A stretch of 59,146 bases of DNA, the filler included, from Basidioascus undulatus (lineage: Eukaryota): the NCBI GenBank assembly GCA_000826855.1. It is 4 parts of 4 records of this genome, joined end to end, with 100 filler letters (N's around TTAATTAATTAA, not from the genome) between each part and the next. Parts side by side here need not be neighbours in the genome. Positions count along the whole stretch, not along the records: positions 49,472 to 59,146 come from JTLS01001222.1; 3 more parts are not named here. One strand, written 5' to 3'. The notes beneath the pieces were generated by a model. That model did no database searches. It worked only from the letters and a program-made list of their open reading frames with translations, and was not told the DNA's origin. The position numbers and the translations under genes are program-made. Within the stretch, counting starts at the first letter, position 1. Every line of letters begins with the position of its first letter. Shown here in pieces: positions 49,472 to 59,146 of this stretch.

Positions 49472-50130
49472 GGGGGAGGAGCCGGCGGCGCTGCGGCTGG
49501 TCGAGGAGGAGGCACGACTGGCGGACGGGAGGGCGGCGGGGGCGGGGGCGCGCTGGTTGGTGGAGCGGGAGGAGCCGCTGAGGGTGTACGAGGCAAGGGC
49601 GGAGGACGTGCGAGATTCGTTGGCGGTTTCGCTGAGGTTCGCCTCAGAATCATGCTACCCCGACCGTCTGGGCGAGTGTTACGATAGACTCACGTGGACC
49701 TGACCCGGCCGGCTTCAATTTGGGCATTCCTCCAGCGAACAACCCCCCAAGTTGGGGCCCGCCGCCGAGCGCACCAGCTCCACCACTACCGCCGCCGCCG
49801 CCGCCGCCGCCTCCCCCTCTGCCAATACTGCCTCCTCCTCGCGCACCGATGCTCCCTCCGCCTCCGCTGGCCTTGCCATCGATGGCAGGCGCGCTGCGAT
49901 CATTCTGTGTGTGGCGGGGTGCGGTCAGTGATGAGCGATGGATCTGAGGCCCCCTCAGAAACTGAGCACGCACAGTGACCGTCTTTTTGAGCTTCTTGCC
50001 CGCTTGAATCTGCGAGAGGAGCGGGTTCGACCTGGATGCGGGTGGGATTGGTGGGTGGATTCGGAGTCGTCAGTACACGCGTCTTCGTCATCAGCCGCGA
50101 CGGATTGATAGGGGCAACGGGAACGTACAT
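49472..50130 (-). CDS. VRP1: Verprolin/WIP-like WH2 proline-rich actin regulator, 5' part
   Basis: MSNPLLSQIQAGKKLKKTVT|NDRSAP (WH2), Gly-rich linker, LGGLFAGGMPKLK (second WH2-like motif), then poly-Pro running into the gap. Confidence 0.85.
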
Positions 50131-52166
50131 GATAGTTTTGCGCCGTAGATCCTTTCTAGAGACCGTAGGAGACCACCAGCAGTGGGGAAAGGAAAAAAGG
50201 GAAGGAGGGAAGGAGCAGACGAGCTGCACAAAGGCGGCTGGTTGATGGGCGCCGACAACGAGCGGGGGGTGCTCCTTGCCGAACACGCGCGCAGCCGGAC
50301 CTCCTGCTGCCCGCCCGCGGTGCGCAGCCAGGCGCCCAGAAAACCAAGATGCATTTGGCTAGGTTCTTCATCAACTGATCTTTGCATGTCCGTCGGAAAC
50401 AGCTCAGAGTATTATATTTCTGGAAACTTACGTTTTGATTGAAAGACAGGCTCTGTTGTGGTAGGCGGATGGTTCACAGTTTGTTTTGCCCGCGCGCGTC
50501 GCCTGTTGTCGGACGCCCTCAGGGCATGGAGTAGGATTGCGCTGTTCTATGGCGCCCAGTCATTCCTGCTCCTAGCTCAATAGAGACGTTTTGACAAGAG
50601 CAAATTCAACAGCGTCCCTGTGTTTGCGGAAGTCTTGTGCCCTTGTGGAAGGTGTGCAGTTGAAACTAATCGGCGGCGAGACCACCTGCGTCTTCTGGCC
50701 ATCTCACACAGCTTAATTGGCAGAAATGCTGTATCTGGTTCAAGTAAACAAAAGAAAGCCGTGCTAGATTTAGGGTCTCAACCACTCATAACGAACCACT
50801 TCAACCAACAGCTTCCATCGTCTGGGCCTGCTCAACAAACAAGCGGTACATCATAAACTTGCCTTCTGCGACAGCTGAGACATGTTCTGTGTGTCCGTAC
50901 CGCGAAAGTTTTATCCACAAGTGACGCTCTATTAAGAGCAAGGCTGAGATATGGCAAGTTCGTATCTCAAAAGATTGAGGGCAGGAGACAACCACAGGTT
51001 CGCAGCAGGCGCGAAGCTATGTCGTTATAGGCATGCATGTAACAAACAAGTGCTGGATAGCTTTGCTGTATAACAAACAAGGTGGTTTGGGGTTAGATGT
51101 TACCTAATAAAATACAATAAAGAGAGTAAGTCTTACTAGAAAGAGAAACACATGTCCACAACAGAGAGAAGAAGACGCACACCGAGCAGCTCGCTCTGCC
51201 TATTGAGTCGATCAAGCAGCTACCGATATTGTGGTAGAAGACTATGTAAATCGGCAGTGTCGTTTAAATGTTTGAGGTTGATTCTTAAGTACAGAAGGGT
51301 AGGGATGGGCGACAAACAGAACATGTGCGGTCCGTACAACTTGCGGAGCATCTCAGCCATGTGTTCCATGGCTCTACATACTCCGGCATCAAGTAAGATA
51401 TTTTAGGCTAGATGGTCTCCTTTAATCGTTGCTTTTGACTTACAGGAACGATGCTGATGTGACACACTCAGTGCCGCCTCAAGTGGTTGTGTTACATCAA
51501 GGACTTCCTTGCTTGGACGTGGCACGGGTGAAATGCATGGTTTATTTACCCAAATAACAATCTTTCCATCATAAAGGTCATTAGAAAGTGTACAGGACAC
51601 TGAGGGAGCCATGGAAGCACCCTGGCGGTAATCCTTGCGGTTATGAACAAGGAAAAGCTGTGGCCTGGAAACAACTGGAGGGTCCCGCCCTTTGTCTTAT
51701 CCCTTAACAAATCTTTATCCAAGTTCTATAATGGGCTGAAGAGGACATTGTCAAGTGGCTCAGACCCATGCCTCCAGCTCGCTGCATGGGCAAGCTGCAT
51801 CCGCAATTGGCAAGCCCGTCATCAATATCGGTATAATGATGAAGGGGAATTCTACGCGACTGCAAGCCAAGCTAACATTTACAGCTTAATTAATGACATC
51901 TTTGAGGAAGAAAAGAGGAAATCCTGATGAGTGGCCGAACATATTGCGAGAAAGCGAGTTTGCGCGGTCAAAACAAACCGTGAACGTCCCGCCAACCCCA
52001 GCTCTGCGCAGCAGCGCAGTTCAGCAGGCTTCCGCACACCGAGCCACGGGGGTATCTATTGTGTCGTTGCATGCAGATGTTATAGGTACATAAACGTGCG
52101 GCAAGTCCTCCGGTGGGTATGGAGAGTGGTAAACAAAGTATGGGGGAAGCAGGTGGCAGACAGCGT

Positions 52167-56245
<4,079 letters not shown>

Positions 56246-56730
56246 CGTTGGGCGCGCGGTCAGTGATGAAGGAGAGGTGTGGGATGAGATGGATGGGTGA
56301 GGGTGGGCGAGCGAGAAGGCCCGCAGGCAGCGTGCAGCGTGGCTCGACGCCGGCAGGCTCGGCCGGTGCGCGTCGTACTGTACTTTAGCTGCCAGATGTC
56401 ACACTGCACGTCGCGTGGCTGTTGATTTCTTTCCTCTTTGCTTCGCTTTTCTTGCTTTCCTTTTTCCTCTTGCAGATGAGGATGTTCCAGATACTCTTGT
56501 CATCCTCGAAGATGTTGTGAACTGCCAGCACGCCCGACTAAAGATAGAGAGGAGTAGTGGATGACCCTTCACCCTTGACTGCGGCATGCTGCAGCAAGTG
56601 CGGATGGTCCAACAGCTCAGAACCACTGACGAGCGCGTATCCAACCTTCACTCACTACGCACAACGTAAAGGATATCAGATGTTCATCCTTCTGCTCCCC
56701 TACAACCCCCAATCCGCCTTGTGTTCTACC

Positions 56731-57352
56731 TCAGTACACGCCCGGCGGACCCCACACTCCCCTTCCCCTCCCTCTCTCCCAGCCGAACCTCACCTCACCC
56801 TTTCTCCCCATCCTTCCTGAATCCAACCCGTCTCCCAAACTGTTCTTCCCCACCCCCTCCTTCCAAGTCATCATCCCCATCCCCCTCGACTGATGGGGCA
56901 AGTGCGGCTGCCCTCCCTCCCCTTTCTCAGCGCCTTCTCCACCCCAAGCGAAGCGAAGCACTCACCTCTCCATCCCACACCAGCGCCCACCCCACGCCCA
57001 CAAACCCTATCACACAAACCGCGATCCACAGCGCCCCCAGGACCACCCACCTGCACCACCCCCTCCTCCTCTCACCCAGCGAAGGGGATTGCGCAGGCGA
57101 GGCAACCGCAGTCGACGATGGCGAGGGTATGTCCGCCCACGGATTCGTCTCTGCTACGAGGAGGGTGGATTCGGAGGCTGTTTGATGTGGGTGGGGGAAG
57201 GAGGGGAGGGTCCCGTAGGACGGGAGGCGGCGAAACGGGATGGGGGGGGAGGGGAAGGGGGTTGGGAGTGGGCTGGGGAGTGGGGAGGAAAGTCGCCAGG
57301 CGGAGGAGGTGTCGAGGAGGGCACGCTGCTCAGGTGGGAAGGCGGGGTCCAT
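56731..57352 (-). CDS. Hypothetical small single-pass membrane protein (Pro/Ser-rich, LPSY motif), probably 2 exons
   Basis: MDPAFPPEQRALL..RRLPSYGTL..ERRRGWCRWVVLGALWIAVCVIGFVGVGWALVWDGE, then a GTGAGT donor and a downstream in-frame exon ending GPPGVY*. Confidence 0.5.
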
Positions 57353-57828
57353 GAAGGGGAGATGGATGGATGGATGGCTGGATGAATGGGAAGATGGTTG
57401 GGTGGATGAGAGATGGGAGGGGGACAGCGGGACAAGAGGACGGTAGGCGGAGGCACGCGATGCGCCCGCTGCGCTTGATGCGCTCGAGCCTATGGTGCGT
57501 TCTACCAACGCTGCGCTCTCTCCCAAGTCAACCGATAGCGGCACTCCATACGCAAGGGATCTGAAGCAGCTGTGATACAATTCGAGATGAGGTCGGAAAG
57601 GACAGCAGTAAAGTTGGGGAGGAGGAAGTGTTGAGGCAAGACATGAGGTCATTTCCGAAAGCGCTGAGGCGGGTGGGATTGGGAGGCTGATAGGATGGAC
57701 GGAGAGATTGAGTATGTTGAGAAATAAAACATTGTAGATATGTGTATTTGTTACATGCGACTGTGCGTGTACGTGTGCGGCGCAACAGAAAGCGGTCGCA
57801 CGACCAGCGCTCCATCCATCCGCTCAGA

Positions 57829-58256
57829 CTACCCCAGCGGATACGGTTCCCCCCTCCCATGTCTCCCACCATGATGCCTCCTCCCCTCCGCCGCGCGCAC
57901 AGCAAAGTCCATCCCAAACACGAACCCCACAAACAGCTAGCCGCCCCTCGCCTCCCTCATCAGCTCCCCTCGTCTCTGGGAAGGAGCACAGGGGAGACAC
58001 TCACATAGATAGCGACCGCCCAACACAGCGCCTCAAAGAAGCGCCTCCTCGCGCGCGCGACGGCGAGGCGCTGCGCGTGCGGCGAGTACGGGTCGTAGAG
58101 CGCTGTGAGCGGCGCGGAGGGCGTGAGGGGCGTGGGGCCGTAGGAGGCAGGCGGTGGAGGCGGCGGGGGAGGCTGGGAGGACGAGGAGGGAGAGGGGGAA
58201 CGGTACGCGGGCGGCTGTTGGTGGGGTGTTTGGGATTTGGAGGTTAGCTTAGACAT
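57829..58256 (-). CDS. Hypothetical small single-pass membrane protein (PPAY motif), 2 exons
   Basis: MSKLTSKSQTPHQQPPAYRSP..ARARRRFFEALCWAVAIY|LFVGFVFGMDF..PYPLG*; a GTGAGT..TAG intron joins the hydrophobic helix. Confidence 0.6.
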
Positions 58257-58523
58257 TGTCGATGAGCGATGCAAGTCTGAGAGTGCAAGATAAGAGTGCG
58301 AGCGAGGAGCGAAATAGACGGGCGGGGTCAAGTACCGGTACTACTACTACTGCTACCTTGTCTTCGACATTTATGTTTACCAAGTGTGCTGCCCTATAGC
58401 ACCCTGACAATTAATCGCCCGTCGCGCTCTCGTGCTCGTCGGTTGTTGACAGATTCAACCCGGTTTGTCTTCCTCCTCCCCCCACCACCATCCCTAATAT
58501 CCCCTCTCCTCCCCTGCCCGGCC

Positions 58524-59146
58524 ATGGCGTCGAACTTGAGCGAGGCGCACTCGCTCGACCGACTCGCGGCCGTGCAGAACCTCGACCGGCTGCGGGAGCG
58601 GCTCGACCTGCTCAAGCTGCTTGCCGAGAAGCAGCGCGAATACGTCCAGGCGATCGAGCTCTTGTGGGTTTCCCTTCTTTTCCCTCCCACCTGCCTTTCA
58701 TTCCATGAGTTGGCACGGGGAGACCCATAGCCTGACACGCTCTCTCGGCCAGCATCGCATCGTTCCCGCACAACCCGGCCGGAGGGCCCGACCCGCGCAC
58801 GCAGCTGCTGGAGCGCGAGCGCGCAGAGTACGTGTCGCGCGTAGAGGAGTACAACAGGCAGCACAACGCGTGGGCCGCGTGAGTCTCCACCTTCCCTTAG
58901 ACGCGTTCCTTGCTTGGTTTGAGAGCTGGACTAACTGACCACGCCTGCGAACAGAGCGGCCGTCGCGCTCGTCGCGGCTGGGGAGCAGTCCCTCCCGACG
59001 GTCATGCAGGTCCCGAGGGCGCTGCTTGGCCCTGCGCAGATGCATCAGCAGCGGCAGCAGGCGCGGATGCAGCAACTGCAGTCTCCTCCCCTTCCGCAAC
59101 GACACCCCGCCCCTCCCTTGCCTCCGCCTCCTCCACAACAACAACA
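58524..59146 (+). CDS. Hypothetical protein, coiled-coil N-terminus then Q/P-rich; runs off the window
   Basis: MASNLSEAHSLDRLAAVQNLDRLRERLDLLKLLAEKQREYVQAIELF|IASFPHNP..EYVSRVEEYNRQH..|..QMHQQRQQARMQQLQ; GT-AG introns with branch sites. Confidence 0.6.

Overview
Intron-rich fungal genomic DNA, most likely a basidiomycete and probably Pucciniomycotina. The inference rests on short GTGCGT/GTGAGT..CTGAC..YAG introns and a D-amino-acid oxidase closely resembling the Rhodotorula enzyme. The window is four contigs joined by artificial 100-nt N-TTAATTAATTAA-N linkers (29810-29909, 39595-39694, 49372-49471), so adjacency across linkers means nothing. I reconstructed spliced gene models by hand. Contig 1 carries STEEP1/CXorf56-like, NOB1, a CE4 chitin deacetylase, an AlkB-type dioxygenase, a damaged PRXL2A-like gene, glutaryl-CoA dehydrogenase, D-amino-acid oxidase, a SIW14-like phosphatase, succinate-semialdehyde dehydrogenase, an MDR oxidoreductase, a sterol-desaturase-family pseudogene and a partial SnoaL-like gene. 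Contig 2 carries URA2/CAD-like and an 11-exon ABM-fold microgene. Contig 3 carries tRNA-Ser, tRNA-Ala, two zf-MYND pseudogenes and SNU66/SART1. Contig 4 carries VRP1-like, PIK1 and small membrane proteins. The best candidate for an undescribed system is the GCDH + DAO + SSADH neighbourhood, which could be a D-amino-acid/5-aminovalerate/glutarate catabolic cluster; this is inference only. Other notable points are a start codon split by an intron, extreme micro-exon architecture, recurrent GC-AG introns, several decayed genes, and two tandem PY-motif single-pass membrane proteins.
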